From Chrysomallon squamiferum (Eukaryota > Animalia > Mollusca): a DNA stretch of 64,000 nucleotides. Under the pieces are notes generated by a model. That model was not told the DNA's origin. It was given only the letters and a program-made list of their open reading frames with translations, and made no database searches. Positions 13,225 to 29,665 of this stretch are shown here, one piece after another. Each line of letters begins with the position of its first letter. The stretch's first letter is position 1. A program made the position numbers and the translations under genes. The DNA lies in the NCBI GenBank assembly GCA_012295275.1, contig CM022674.1, positions 3,658,001 to 3,722,000 on the forward strand. Reading direction: 5' to 3'.

Positions 13225-14173
13225 CATATTTAAAAATGGAAAGAAAAAAAGGTTAACAATAAATCTCTTTAATAACAATTTCAAAAATAATAACACAAAA
13301 GTATAAAAAAAAAAGATAAACATTGCTTAAACACACACACACACACACACACTCTCTTCAATACAGAATTTTTTTTATAAATTAAGGTTTTATATATCAT
13401 TCGATGTCCTCACTATTAATCTAACATTTTCCTTTACTCTGTACGTATTGTTATTTACCAAACTTTTCGTAATAAAACGTAACCACGTGGATTTGTTTTT
13501 GTACTTTTATGGAATTTTCGCGCCTCTTTTCCGCATCAAAAACTAATACGAACCGGAAACGGTTTTCAGAAATAATGGGTTAAAATACCAGTCTCGTTAT
13601 GAATTAAAATTGAAACAATGTCACATTTGATCAATACATTTCACCGAATTTATTAGTTGCTTTTTTTTCTTTCTTTTTTTTTTTTTTTAATTTTACTCTT
13701 TTCAATAATTAACTGATTTTTTTTTCTTCTTCTTCTTCTCTTAAATAAAAAAAAATAAAAAAAATAAAAAATAAAAAATAAAAATAGAAAAATAGAAAAA
13801 GCGTTCTTAACCTAGAAAAAAACAAAAACTGTACAAGTAAAAAGTACAAAACAAGAAATTCGGTGAAGTAATCAAAATGGCGCGCAATCCCTTCCGGATC
13901 GTCTGGTAGTGGTAAACAGGTCAAGATGACACGTGGTCTGAACAAATCATTGATCCAGCCGTCTAGATTTCAGTTCGTCTGGGAAAACGTTGTTTTGTCT
14001 TACTGTCTAAGCAAAATAATTAATTGTGTCGTTTAACCATTCAAGTAAACTGTCCAGATCAATATACTCATTATTTATCACTATTATCTTTTATAAATTT
14101 TTGATCGAAAAATTTTGATTCTGTTTATCACGATTACCATTATCATCATCATCATTACTACAACTGTTATCAA

Positions 14174-14205
<32 letters not shown>

Positions 14206-14914
14206 AAACTACTACTACTATTTTTATTGCTACTATTACTTCTATTACTACTACTCTTATTAATATCATTTGTATTGCTACTGGTATACTTTTACTACTA
14301 CAACTATTACTAATACTATTATAAATATTAGTACTAACATCATTGTTGCGACTACTACTATTACTTCTATTAGAACTACAACAACTATTATTACCACTAT
14401 TTGAATTGCTACTGCTCATTCTATTACTACTATTTGTATTGCTACTATTGCTACTATTATTACTACTGCTGTTGCTGTTACTACTACTACTACTATTACT
14501 ATTTTATTGCTACTAATATTACTACTATTACTACTACTGTTGCTATTACTACTGCCCTCACTATTCCGTTTACTACAAGCATTTCTACTATTGTTATTAC
14601 TATTATTACTATTACTACCACTAGTACTTCAGCAAAACTAGTACAATAACAATGCATCATTTTAACAGTACACAAATATGACTTACGTTGTCGATGAGAT
14701 AACAGCTCTTAATAATTGTGATGACGTCATACAGCTGTGATAACAGCCAATAAATTTGCATATCTCGACATGTGAGTGCAATATATGTATATATGTATAT
14801 GTGTGTATGTGTCTTTGTGCGCGCTATCACGGTAAATGGAATGCTGAGAATTTTTTTTTTGAACTGATTGTTGTTTTAATGATAGCGACCAAGTGATACA
14901 TATTTGTTTTATTT

Positions 14915-14945
<31 letters not shown>

Positions 14946-16069
14946 TGTAGTTAGTTAGTTTTTCTTAAGGTTTACTTATTCAGTTTGTAGAATTTGTTTC
15001 TTCCTTCTGTTATGTTCTAATATTTCCCCCCTCCCCCCTCATGTTCATGTAAACTCTATAATTTAACTTTTAAAAATTAAAGTATATCATTTTTAAACTG
15101 TTGAGTTTGATGTTGATTTTTTTGAAAATATTGACAATTTCTAATTCGCAACTTATAAAGTCATACTTAAGAGTACGTATGCCTGTTTGTCTCTCTGTGT
15201 TTTTACACAAGTTTGCGAGTCTAAATTTTCAGTAAGGCCAAACGTAATTAATATTTTGAGAAAATGACGTCTTGCTGAATATATCTTCCTCAGCTCGTCA
15301 TCTAGACAATATTCGTTCCAACCAAAGCACTCGAAGTGCGTATAAAAGACTCCTTGCTGCAAATACAAACGTACGTTACCAGGATTCCTTTTATTCATTG
15401 TCTGATCTTTCACTAAAAACAAATATGCTAAAACCGTTAACAAATCTGAACAATATAAAAATATACTGGATGCAGAGTTAAATAAAAAATATTTTTTCTT
15501 TCCGTTCTTCGTTCTGTTTTTCTTTCTTTCTTCCCCATTTCTTTTTTTCTTTTTTTTTTTTTTTTTTTTTCTACTTCCCTCCGTCGCTTTCGTAAACAAC
15601 TATTCATTAGTAAAGAACTGTTACTGCGCATCAAAGTACGAGCACAGTCACACTGATGAACCGATGATAAATAGATCGATAGTTTTGACTGGTCGCCATG
15701 ACTAATTTGTTACCGTAAAACCTCTCCTAAATGACCGATGATTAAAAAACTACGCTGTTTTTTTTTTTTTTTTTTTATCAGCAGACTTGAAATAACTGAA
15801 ATATCTAACAGATCTTAATTAATGGCTAAATGAATACATCGTTGCATTTAGTTATCTTTTAATCTACCTGCTGTAATTGAAATGTATCGTATTTTGAAAG
15901 CAATATTAAAAATATGTATATGAATGTCTCAATCTTTGTGTGTTGTCTGTGTCTATCTGTCTATCTATCTATCTATCTATCTATCTATATCTATTGATAT
16001 CTATCTATCTATCTATATCTATAGATATCTATATGTATGTATGTATATGTATGTATGTATGTATGTATG

Positions 16070-16110
<41 letters not shown>

Positions 16111-16418
16111 TTCTATCTATAAATCTGTCTGAAAGACTGGGGCTGAAAAAGTCATGCTGTATTGCGAGAAAAAGCATGCAGTTCGAAATGCGCGTCAGAA
16201 AATTCCAGAAAGATCCTTTACGAAACACATGTTGTGAAATTCAACGCAATAACTGGCAATTAATTACTGTATTTTTTCTGACGCAGATATGTACTGTAAA
16301 ATTCTTAATAAATGAATAATTACCGGAAACATTCAAACTTTTCGCACACTGTAAGTAAATTTTGTACAGAGGGTATAAATAATACGTAAATACGAATTAA
16401 TAAGTAAATCGCATTCAC

Positions 16419-16456
<38 letters not shown>

Positions 16457-16744
16457 GACGCGTGGGCTGGATAGAGCAAAATAACTTCAAAAGACTGAGT
16501 GGACGGTTTTTTTTCCGTCGTTTAAAATCATTTTTGTAAACTTTCTATTTTTATATACGCGTAATATTTTTTTTTTTTTTTTTTTTTAACCACTGATTCA
16601 GTCTGTTTTGTTTAGTACCTTAGCTGCACTGGTCTATGTGTAAAGGAATGACGTGACCGCTTTTCCGATACACAAAACGTGATTCACATATGATGAAACG
16701 GAGCCCAGCCAGTCATAACGTTTGAAGCGTTTATTTATTATTAG

Positions 16745-16966
16745 TCAGTTGAACACGGAATGACGCGACACCAATTATTTTCAGTCTAAAAAGGAACGGT
16801 AACCCTGCGCTTCACACACAACCGAGTCTCCGGGTGACGGCGGGGGAAAGCTGGGGGACTGGTGTCCCCGTGGCTGGTCTGGACTCCGCGTGGTGGTCAG
16901 TTCCCTGCGGACGTCGCAGGACGACGGAACGTATCAACGGACGTAACAACGGACGGAACTCGGCTG
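16745..16966 (+). other. Candidate non-coding first exon (possible pri-miRNA / host transcript 5' end)
   Basis: Inr-like TCAGTT at 16745; GC/CpG-rich island; strong CTG|GTAAGT donor at 16967; no convincing coding frame. Confidence 0.45.
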
Positions 16967-18291
16967 GTAAGTTTATTTGTCTGTCTCTTTGTGTGTTGAT
17001 TGATGTGTCTGAGTGAATGGGTGTCTTGTTGTGTGTTTCTGTCTGTCTGTCTGTTGTTCAGACGGTACGTTGATACGTCATATTTGTATGTGATGTATTA
17101 TGTATGTATATAATATATATATATACATATATATATGTTTATAGAGAATATATTTTAAATGTGTATCGTTATAATAAGATATCTTATTAAATCTGTTTCT
17201 TTATAAAGGATATTTTTTAGAATCAGTATCTATGTATGGGACATTTTAAATCCTTATTTTCCTGTGGGATATTTTAAAAATCTGTATCTTTATACAGAAT
17301 ATTTTAAATGAATTATCTTCGTTGTGCTTTTATGATTCTTTATAAGGGACTGTATTTTAAAAATCGTTTTTAATATTCTTATGGCTGTAACATTTGTACG
17401 TATGTATGTTTGTGTGTAGGTATCTATGTATGTATGTATGTATGTATATATTTATGTATGTATGTATGAACGTACTTATTTTATTTTAGTTACTTTTATG
17501 TCGTTCGCTCATCCAGAAATCGTTAATTCATATTTTAAATTTTACTTATTAATTATTACTAAATGCTCGTTTGTTTGTTTGTTTATTTACTTAATTACAT
17601 ATATAGGTAACTTTCTTATTTATATTAAATTTTATTCCTGTATATGATTTACCGATCTACAAAAATACAACAATTGTTAACTGTATTACGTTTCGGAAAT
17701 CTTGTTTTAAATTCTTATACATCTGACTGCATTCACCTCTACAAAAAGAAAAAAAAAAAAAAAAAAAACAGTGAATGTGAGACGTATTTTCGATATTTAC
17801 GTCATCTTCCGTTAATAACAATAACTACACGAATGTTGGTCTACTACATTCGGACTTTAACCTTTTTTAATGGGAACAAATTGCATCAGAATGTAATACA
17901 TGTATACATGGTTACATAATTTGCTTCGTAGTTCAAACTTCCACGTATATTTCTTATATAATATGAAAAATATTAAAAACTAAAAACGTAAATTAATAAG
18001 CAACATAACTGACGACAACTTCCCGACGTACCTCTGCGTCTTGGTACGAACAACTACGACATGTTTATTCAAAAAATGGGTTAGGTTAAAACCACGTGTT
18101 GCGAAACTGCGTAGAAAGCTGCCGAGGGAAATTGCATACGTGCTTTTTATAGCACTGACCTTAACCTCGTGTTACGGGAATAAATTACCAGCTTCGGCTG
18201 AATTCGTTCGGGTCATGTCGGCTGTTCCGTTTCGTGTTCAGCGATCAATGATGTTGAACTAGCAAATAGTCTGTCTTAGTCATTATTAACA

Positions 18292-18338
<47 letters not shown>

Positions 18339-18520
18339 TAATAATTTTTTTTAAGCTATTTAATAAAAGCATAATTGACATTTAATCTTTACTCATAAAT
18401 AGAGTACTTATCGTTTGGTTGTTTCTTATTTATTTATTTATTGAACATTTTATTTAGTTGTGTTTGCTTGTTTGGTTTGGTTTGGTTTATATAATGATTT
18501 TTTCATGTCTTCTTCTTCTT

Positions 18521-18551
<31 letters not shown>

Positions 18552-18637
18552 TTATTATTATTATTATTATTTCTTTCAGTTATTTCCTGATCCTTATATA
18601 TATATATAGACATACATACATACATACATATACATAC

Positions 18638-18684
<47 letters not shown>

Positions 18685-19269
18685 CATCTTTTATGAATAT
18701 TTTTAACAGATACCAAACTATTTTATATAAATTATTTCTTGTTATTAATTAGTAATGACGCTTAATTCTGCTGACTGTTCAAAACAAAACAAAAAAAAAA
18801 AAAAAATCTGACTATGACGTCTGCTATCATTAATTAATAATAAGGAGAAAAAAAAAAAAAAAAAACATAGTCCATCTGTTGACGTAATAATTATATTAAA
18901 AATGCCAACTAGAGACATCGCCGTCATTGCGCATGCTCACATCACGCGTGAACGTGAACGCCGAACTGAACATAACTCGACGTCTGCCGTTAATCGCAGC
19001 ACGATTGACGACGTACATTAAAATACGTGTTTCGCGTAGTCTGCGCGTGCAAAGAATGTAATCTGATCAAGTGCACCCGTTGACCTTGATGTATATCAGA
19101 TGACGCCATCTTGGAAATACCGCGCAACGTTAATGATCGTAATCTCGTGAGGGTTTTTTTTTTTTTTTTTCGTCATTTGTGGTTCGTGTGTGTGTGTGTT
19201 TGTCTCAGTTCGTTCTTTTTTCTTTTTAAAACATTTACGTAGAGGCATTTTCAAACACTTATATTTATA

Positions 19270-19310
<41 letters not shown>

Positions 19311-19626
19311 ATAAACATATATATAACGCGCACAGACAGAAACGACATTATTCAAAAAAAAATACGCTCGCTGGCCGTGATCCGTCGTGTCTCGGAGCTA
19401 GTCATCTGCGCATGACTGAACGTCAGAAATACATCTGACGTGGGCTGGGCTCGTCTGATTGGCTGGCCTCGGGGTTAATCCCGCATCGGCAGACTTGTTT
19501 ACGACGAAATGTCGTCTGCAAACGCGACGCGCTTTCTCACAGGTGATTAGCCAAGGTCAGACTGGAGGAGTGTGCGCTCTACAAAAACACTCTCACCTTC
19601 GATCGAGTCACCCACCTTTTTAAATC

Positions 19627-19673
<47 letters not shown>

Positions 19674-19699
19674 TATTATTTATTTATTTATCTGTTATT

Positions 19700-19743
<44 letters not shown>

Positions 19744-19903
19744 TTATTATTTATTTATTTATTTATTATTATTATTATTATTATTTATTTATTATTATTA
19801 TTATTATTTATTATTATTATTTATTTATTAATTATTTATTTATTTATTTATTTATTATTATTACTATTATTATTATTATTATTTATGTATATATGTATGT
19901 ATG

Positions 19904-19937
<34 letters not shown>

Positions 19938-20388
19938 TGTATGTATGTATTTATTTTTAATATACTTTATCTTGAAACACTATCCCCCGCATGGCTTTTT
20001 TCTTAACCCCGCCCTGCGACACACTTTAAATGTTTAAAAATAAAAATAAAAAATAAAAATAATCGCGACTAAAATACGTCACTTTGTAATTATGACCGCC
20101 GAAATTTTCTTTCTTCTTCTTGTTATTTTCTTTTTTTTATTCTTTATATTTTTATTTTTTTCCTTAATTATTTACATATTTTATTTTATTTTATTTTATT
20201 TTATTATTATTTTTTTTTTCAAATTGCCAGTATCTTTTTACCTCCCCCCATATCCACTTACTGCCCACTTCCGATGTTTCTGGAAATAGAAGACACTGAA
20301 AGTGGATACAACCAATGATACAAACCCTCCCTGTCCCATGACTTACTTTCAAGGTCATGATTTAAGTAAATTCAAGTGCGGGCGGATA

Positions 20389-20421
<33 letters not shown>

Positions 20422-20923
20422 CTTTTTGAGAAAGGGGTTTGCTTTAACACCTAGAATTTGAAATATGCATAACGTTCCTTTTTTCTTTGACGTTCTTTAA
20501 TAATAATAATAATAATAATAACAATAGTAATAATAATGTCGATGATAATAGTAATAATAATAAAGGGACATTTCATCAGTTTACCATTTATGTGGAGGCG
20601 TACGTGTTTCTGTGTGTCCGTATCTCAGTGTGTGTGTGTGTGTGTATTCTTGTGAACAAACACATACATTTATGTATTTAGGTATATATGTGTGCACATG
20701 TGTATGCAAAGTTATGTATGTATGTATATATATATATATATTTTATGTGTATATGTAAATGTATGTATGTATGATTGTGTTATGTATGTTCGTTTGTTTA
20801 TGTAACTGTTACTGTGAGTAAGTATAATTATTTTAGTGATTCATAAATTACTCACGATGAGTAAAACAATGATTAAGTCTTTTCTATTTTTAGTGTCATT
20901 CTTCCGTCTTCGTTTTAACATTG

Positions 20924-21004
<81 letters not shown>

Positions 21005-22140
21005 AACCAGAATATTAACTCTTTCCTTCAAGCATTCTTGCTGCTATAATAACAACAACAACCCATATAATTTCACAATTAAATAAAATACGATTTAATG
21101 TAAATTAAAATACATGAACTTTATCACCACCCCACGACCACACCCAAGATATTTCAGCACACGACCCTGATCGTTTTTTTTTTTTTTTTTGTTGTTCTTT
21201 TAAATTAAATAACAGTATAATGTATTGAAAAAAAAAAAAAAAAAAAAAAAATCATTACGTACTTCCGATTATTCGCATCGTCAGAATAACACGTTCACCA
21301 TCAGCAGCTATAAAACAATGTTCTTATTTCTTCCTTGAATAATAAATAGCTTTCCCGAGGTCGGGTCAACACATAATGACAATGGACCCTTGACAACCGT
21401 ATCCGTTCGGTCAACCTCGCCAATCAAAGGCGGGGAAAGTAAAGCACTACTCATTATCTATCGCGCTGATTTGTCACGAGGCGTGGGCGGTTAATTTTAT
21501 CAATGAAGTAGCACGTGCTGTCGGCGTGCAGGCGTGGAATACTACGAGTTGTAAAAATGAAGGTGACGTCATTGTCACGTGATCAGTGGGATCGGTTTTT
21601 TTTTTTTTTTTTTTTTTTTTTTGACTCTCCGCCAGTCTACTTCGGGGATTTACCCTATTGGTTTCCGTTTAATTTCGTAATTTTATATCGTGTAGTTGAG
21701 TAGGCTGGTATTGTACGACATCTGTTTTCTTTTCTTTATTACTTTTTTTTTTTTTTTTTTTAAATCAAACCAGACGAATGTTTCATGGCTGTGTGCGTAG
21801 GTTTCAGTTTACATTTTCGTGTCGTATTTTATTTCGTTCATTCATTCATTAATATGGCACGAGGCATGTTTTCCCGCTCTTTTATAATCACGTGTCTTTT
21901 ATTTGATATCGTGGCAGACGATTCACGTTTTGTCTGTTTGCGTGGTTGCGGTGGGCGCGCCCGTTGGTAACACACCCAGTTAAAAGTTCATGTAAGTTAG
22001 AGACGATTTTGTTTTGTAGGAGCAACACGTCATTATACTTACAGGAGAGAAAAAAAAATATATATATATATATACAATATCGGAATTCGGTGAGAATTCT
22101 TCTGGATATTAATATCACATTTTATTTCCTCTTTTACTTG

Positions 22141-22211
<71 letters not shown>

Positions 22212-23222
22212 ATTTATTATTTTTTTTTTTTTTTATTATTTATTCTAGATATCAGATGGAGACATAACCTCTTGACTTTGAGCCAAGCTGCCGTCAAAGA
22301 GTATAACAACATATCTTCATGTTTCTGCTGAGCACACAGACACACACACAGACACACACACACACGGACACATTCATGCATTCACTACACCGTTGGTTCA
22401 AGGACTTCCAATACGACAGCCGTATCACACACACATACACCCAGACGAACGCACGCGTGAGCTTAAAACAGCGCCAGAAAAACCGGTTTAACTTAAACTG
22501 GATTTTATCGATCTATGAGTTGTTTTATACGTATGTGCATGAACTGAGCTGAATCGGCCTGTTATCGATCGATCCAACAAAAGGAAAGTTCGTCACTAGG
22601 ATGTACTGTATTTATGACCGAAAAGAAATTTTAAAAAAAAAAATTAATGATAGTAACAATGAAATGAAAAATAAAAAAGAAATATATATAAAAAGAAAGG
22701 GGGAAGAACAGTGCTTCTTATAAAAACTTTTTTTTTTTTTTTTTTTTAGCGGACGAAATTGATCTAGGGTTTTAAAATAATGGCATGAAAACGCTTCACC
22801 ACATTCTACCTGCTAATTTAATCTCCTTGTGACGTCACAGTAACACCACAAAAAAAAAAAAAAAAAAAAAGAGTGAAACCGAAACTGGTTAATTTCGAAG
22901 AAAACTCGTTTCCTTTCCGAAAATGTTTTTAGTTAATCCTGAAATAGGCCTGTAAATGAGTGCCACTGATGACTTGTGCAAGCTGAAAGGAAACTTAAAT
23001 AAGACAAAGAGTTTTTCTTTCTTTCTTTCTTTTCTTTTCTTTTCTTTTCTTTCTGCAAAATGTAATTCAGTTTATGCCCAGATTCAACTTATTCTTTTGG
23101 AGGAAACGCATCATTTTGATAAAAATGTTCTTGTTTGGGCGAGTACATCATTAATCCATTATTCTGAAATCGGAAGGATGAAGAGTTTAATTCGTTTTCG
23201 GATTAGTGAGTTGAATGTCAAT

Positions 23223-23257
<35 letters not shown>

Positions 23258-23779
23258 TTTGTAATATTTACTTATCTATCTATTTGTAATATTTATTTAT
23301 TTATAATATTTTCTTATTTATCATTTATAATATAATGTTTATTTATTTAATTTTTTAAATATTTAATTATTATTTATATTTATTTGTTTGCTTAATTGCT
23401 TTATTTTATTTATATTATTTTAGTTATTCAGTATATACATATACTTATTTTTTTTTAATTATTTATTTCCTTATTATTTATTTATTTATTTATTTATGTA
23501 TTCATTTCCATAAACGAACGAGAATCACCGAATATTATCACGTTTCATTCCGAAGGAGGAAGAACTGGGAGGATTATTAATGTCCACCACCCCCCTCCCC
23601 CACTATCTAACCCCAGTATTAATTAATTCACTGCTTACAATGAAGAACAAACAGATGTCACTTGATACATGCAATATGACAAACAAATAAGGATGTGTTT
23701 TCTGTGACCAGTTGTGTACAGGAAAAAAAAAAAAAAAAAAAGTTGAAAACTGGAGAGGTGTGTGACGTTTAGTACCTTC

Positions 23780-23887
23780 GAGAGCATTCGGTACTTTCCG
23801 GCCCATCCCATTTCTCGTGACTCACGCTCCAACGCGCGCCAAACGTGGGTCTTACATTGTTAATTACCGACAACTAACGGACGCCAG
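23780..23887 (+). other. Second candidate non-coding exon
   Basis: CpG-rich island ending in a consensus CAG|GTAAGT donor at 23888; 5' boundary approximate. Confidence 0.3.
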
Positions 23888-24046
23888 GTAAGTTCGTTTT
23901 CTAGTTAAACTATGCGGGTATTTATTTATGTAATCGCTATATCGGTTTAGGCCTATATGTAACGTGTTATATATGTTCAAACATGTATATTCGTGACTGT
24001 GTATATTTAGATATTTATGTACGTATGTAGACATATGAATGGAACA

Positions 24047-24083
<37 letters not shown>

Positions 24084-25828
24084 ACACACGTGTTATTATA
24101 TGACGTAGACATTTTTAACATTTATTATCGAAACTGTAAGATCTGTATTGTTTTATTTATTCATAATGCTTATTCATTTATAACATATATCTTAAGCAGA
24201 GTAGTAATGTCATTACAAATTGAAATCAAAAACAAAACAAAAATTATTTATTTATTTATTTACTTTATCATTTATTTATTTATTTATTTATTTGTTTGTT
24301 TATTTGTTTATTTGTTTGTTTCATTTATTACGCGGATGAATTAATTTTTATTTTTAAAAATTTATTATTTTTCTTTGTTTTTATCTGAAATAAATCAGTC
24401 TTGATTGATCATTTGTTCTTTGACAATTACATGCCCTTTTAGTATCCTATATCTATCTGAAATGTACTATACTAAACGTACATCCATTGTAATGTGTTTC
24501 TTTTCATTTATAAATATCTGTCCTATGTTAGAGATACACATGTGTTATATCTATTCGTAGTATCCTTGTAATATCTGTAGAGATTTGTATCATGTATCTC
24601 TTTATCTTTTTTATGTATTCGGATTTATAATTAATGCTGTACGTATACAATCTTCATTCTGTGTTCGTTTTAAAGTGAGCTTGTGTGTGTGTGTGCGTGC
24701 GTGTGTGTGCGTGCGTGTGTGTGTGAGAGAGAGAAAGTGGTTCGCGGATTTCTAGGGGTCTTCGTTTTAAAATGGTACCGTACATTTATCTCGCTGTTGT
24801 AAAGTAAAAAAGAAAAGAAAATAGAAAAGAAAAATACAGAAGTAAAGACGAAAAAAAACTAGAAGAAAAAAAATTAACAAACAGAATGAATTGTTATAAA
24901 AATGAAATAAGAAAAGAAAAAGAAAAAAGAAGGTTAAATTCGAAAGGTTGATAGAATGAAAAATAGTGTGACAGAAAGAAGAAAGAAAAACAATTGACAC
25001 AAGTTAAGGATAGACGGAAGAGAAGAAAGAAAATAATAATTAAAAAAATAAACTACAAATAAAAAAAAAAATGAAAACAAAAGCAATAAAAAAATTCGCC
25101 GAACGACAGAATGAAAGTAAAAAAAAAAAAAAAAAAAAAAAAATAAAAATGACCGACACTGAAAGAAAGATAAAGTAACATGATAAAATAAATAAAAATT
25201 AACGGACTGAAAGAAGGATGGACAGAAAAACGGAGAGGTGGTGAATAACGAGAAATGAGAACCGTAGACGCAAAAGGGTGTTGTTATAAAAATACGTGGA
25301 AGTAATCAATACCTAAATCATTAATAATGTAACAGGTTTTTACCATGAAAGATAACGGTTTTATATAAAAATATAAACAGCACATTAATTTGGTAATAAA
25401 GCGAATAACTGGAGAGCATGAAATAAACAAAACAGACAAGCGTGCAGCCTCACTGTTGTTCTTTTTGCTCGCCCCCTCCTGCTTACTTCCCCCCCCCTCC
25501 CACCCACCGTACACCCACACAACACCCGCTGACGCCCTGTTACCTTCCCAGACCCAATTAAAAGAAGTATACGACAACAATATTTCCATGGTTCGGTGAT
25601 GTTTCCTGGATCCGTGTTGCTTAAAAACGATTGTGTGCGTGGGATAGTTAGCTGTATTAATCACACGTGTAACAGGTTTTCGGCCTCATTCGGAAAACTG
25701 TCGAGACCGGTCGTTAGCCGTCACGGACCATTACGGAAAGTGTCGACGCAACACAATTTTCTTTTCTACTGTCGATCAGTGACAGGGTATTCATGTTGTG
25801 TATAGATTATTATTATTATTATTATTAT

Positions 25829-25893
<65 letters not shown>

Positions 25894-26048
25894 TTGTTGT
25901 TGTTGTTGTTGTTATGATTTTTATTATTAATTATAATCATCATCATCGTCATCGTTACGAATGTAAAGAAATAACATACAAATAACGAAGATGGAATGCC
26001 TACTTTCTATTATTATTATTATTATTATTATTACTTTTTAATTTGTCC

Positions 26049-26133
<85 letters not shown>

Positions 26134-26234
26134 GTGTGATTGTATATCTGTCTGTCTGTCTGTCTGTCTGTCTGTATGTATGTCTGTATGTATGTATGTA
26201 CGTCTCTCTCTATAAGAGTATATGTGTGTGTATA

Positions 26235-26268
<34 letters not shown>

Positions 26269-26531
26269 TTTTTTTTCTTATCGCCTCCCGCAATACCCCA
26301 GTAACGCTGAAGCACGTTTCGATGCAGTGAGGAATGTGAGAAATGTGTTACGTGTCCTGTCCCTACCCTAGACCTCGCACAATGAGCCACGGGGTGTTCG
26401 AGGCTTTGCGTGGGAGTGTTGCAGCAAAGCGCTAACTCTTTCTTTGTCTGCGTGGGGCCAAGTCCCGTAAACAACTCGTACCGGTTAGCAACCAGTCTGT
26501 GCCGAGAAAGAGTGTTACTTTTTTTGTTCTG

Positions 26532-26620
<89 letters not shown>

Positions 26621-27175
26621 CTCTGTTCTTCTTCTCATGCTTCTTTATTTATTTATTTATTTATTTATTTTATTTTTATATTTATTTATTATTATTATTA
26701 TTTTTTTTTATTTATTTTAATTAATTTATTTTATTTTTATTTACTTTTTAATTAATTACTTTATTTATTATTTTATTATTTTATTTATTTATTTTTTAAT
26801 TATTTATTATTTATTTTATTTATTTTATTTTATTTATATTTTATTTTATTTTATTTTATTTTTATTTTTATTTTATTTATTTATTTTTTATTTATTTATT
26901 TATTTATTTTCACTCTCATTTTGTCTCTCAACCACTCGTCTGTTTATATCGCTCATTTATAATGGTTTTCGTTGAAACTTTGTTAGTCATACCATATGAA
27001 TGTATGTATATATGTCTGTGTATGTGTATATATTTATGTAAACGTGTGTATTTGTGTATCTATGTATGTATGTACGTTTATAATTTATATTTACACATAT
27101 ACGTACAAGAGTTTGAATTTGTTTTTAATGGTTTTCTTGTTCCTACAAATAATAATAATAATAATAATAATAATA

Positions 27176-27215
<40 letters not shown>

Positions 27216-27226
27216 TATTAATAATA

Positions 27227-27274
<48 letters not shown>

Positions 27275-27918
27275 GTTGTTGTTGTTGTTGTTGTTTTTGT
27301 TATTGTTGTTGTTGTTTTTGTTGTTGTTTGTTGTTGTTGTGGTTGTTGTTGTTGTCGTCATCGTCGTTGTTTCTTCCTGATTTTAAACGTCTAAAGTTGA
27401 CTGATCTCAGATGACACATTGCAGCACTATTGGATTGTATCAAATTCACAACGTCACGATTCTCGTTAACAAACAATAAATAAAAAAAAAAAAAAACCCC
27501 TTAACCTCTCTCTCTCTCTCTCACGGGTCTACCTCTCTTCAAAGACTTCCCCGTAGTCGAATTTATCCTGGTTCGAAACCAGGATGTAACGACGTAAGCC
27601 AGCTATCAGATTTCCACACGGAAAAAGGGGAGTTTGTTTGCCGCGTCTGTTTCTGTCTGTCTGTCTGTCTGTCTGCCGGGCAGGGAAGAGGAGGGGTCGG
27701 AGAAGGGAGTGGTCGATGGTAAAGGTGTTGTTGAAGCAGTCTGATGGAAACCAAACGGTACGTAGATAGACGTAGTCGTAGAAGGAACTCGTTGTTGTCG
27801 TTGTCGTCATTATTATTATTTTCGTTGGTGGTGTTGTCGTTGTTGTTGTTATTGTAAATGAGTTGTTATTATTAGTAGTAGTATTTATATATATATATAT
27901 ATGCATGTATGTATGTAT

Positions 27919-27952
<34 letters not shown>

Positions 27953-28055
27953 GCGTTCATTTATCTATTCATTCCTTTTTTCGTTTTCTTGTTTTCTTTT
28001 TTGTTCAGTAGTGCTGTTGTTATTAGTATTAGTAATAGTAACAACAGTATTGTTA

Positions 28056-28118
<63 letters not shown>

Positions 28119-28262
28119 GCGTTCATTTATCCATTCATTCCTTTTTTCTTTTTCTTTTCTTTTTTGTTCAGTAGTGTTGTTATTATAATTAGTAGTAGTA
28201 ACAGTATTATAATTATTATTATTTTTATCAGCATCGTCATCATCAACAGTATCAATATCATC

Positions 28263-28294
<32 letters not shown>

Positions 28295-28368
28295 CATTAT
28301 TATTATTTCATTTTATGAAAAGTATTATAATTATTATTATCATTATCATTATTATTGTTGTTATTGTT

Positions 28369-28433
<65 letters not shown>

Positions 28434-29608
28434 CATCATCATCATCATAATTATCATTATTGGTATCTGTCAGGCGGAAGTTTTTGAATTACCCCCTCTT
28501 AGAGACAAAAGCGATAAACAATTTGTGATATAAACACGACAGTGGGAAAATCGTTACATCCGGGTCTGTTTTATGGAAAATTTTCAGGTCAAAATCGCAG
28601 TTTTGTACCGAGAGAGAGGTCCACGTGTTTTAAACGTGTTTTGACCAATCGTGTCTAGTTTCATTTTAAGTACTGAATCACTAATCCTTGAAAAAATGAT
28701 TTGTCATGCTTAACGGATACATTCAGTGAATGACATTGTTTAAGAGCTCTGCATTTTAAATCATTTCAAATGTTTTTGAAAAAATTTAAAACAAAAAAAA
28801 ATAGAAGGAAAAAGAAGAGAAATATATGGGACGGATGGATTTAGAACCGTTTTATAGTGTACCAAAAATCTACGAATCTGCGGCTTCGAAACTTAGAAAT
28901 GTTTAAATACTGATACGGAAGAAATATTTTGGTATCGTGGATGATTTGAAAATTTTGAAGTGTTTTTTGTTTGTTTTTTTATTTTTTTATGCACGATAAA
29001 TCCAGATCTGAGGATTGGTAATTTTTCAAATTTTAAATACTGAAACGGAAGAAATATTGTGAACGTCAGTGACGGTTTTTCATAATTTTCGAGTAAGTTG
29101 TACATTTTAAATCTGCAAATATTTTAAATTGTCTACTGATCGAAATTTCACACAAGTGATTCTTGAAAAATTCGACGCATTTGTGGATACCAGACATTAA
29201 AAAATGTATAAAATTCATTCAGATGAATAGTATGGAAATTTAAAAAAAAGAAAAAAACGAAAAGAAACAGAAAAAAAAAAAGAACAAGAAAGAAGTTATT
29301 CTGAAACGTTATTCATATTAAACAAAAAAAGCATTCAGGAGTACAATTTCGAGGAATCGAAAAAAATACAAACTAAAAATAAAAATAATAAAATGTGTTC
29401 TTATAAAACAAATCGGTCATTTGGAAGAGATCCATATATTTTAAATCTATCAAACATTTTGGAGTCTACTACTAGTTATACTTTTGCAGCTGAGACTTAA
29501 AAATGAAATATGAAACATTTGTAGACAGCATCCTAAACTGAGACATTTGGCGTATGTTTCAAAATATCAGTCGCAAAAAAGCATGTATGAAGAAGTTTAA
29601 TGGAGGAA

Positions 29609-29665
<57 letters not shown>

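Noticed and set aside
22950-23010. CTGATGA ... GAAA resembling a hammerhead ribozyme core
   Set aside because: Stem II has C-G rather than G-C at the core, there is no NUH after stem III, and no partner strand for stem I.
26355-26420. GC-rich imperfect hairpin (cctcgcac / gtgttcgagg) and ccctaccctag as a possible miRNA or telomerase template
   Set aside because: Too many mismatches for a pre-miRNA, no recalled mature match, and the motif is not the CCCTAA template.
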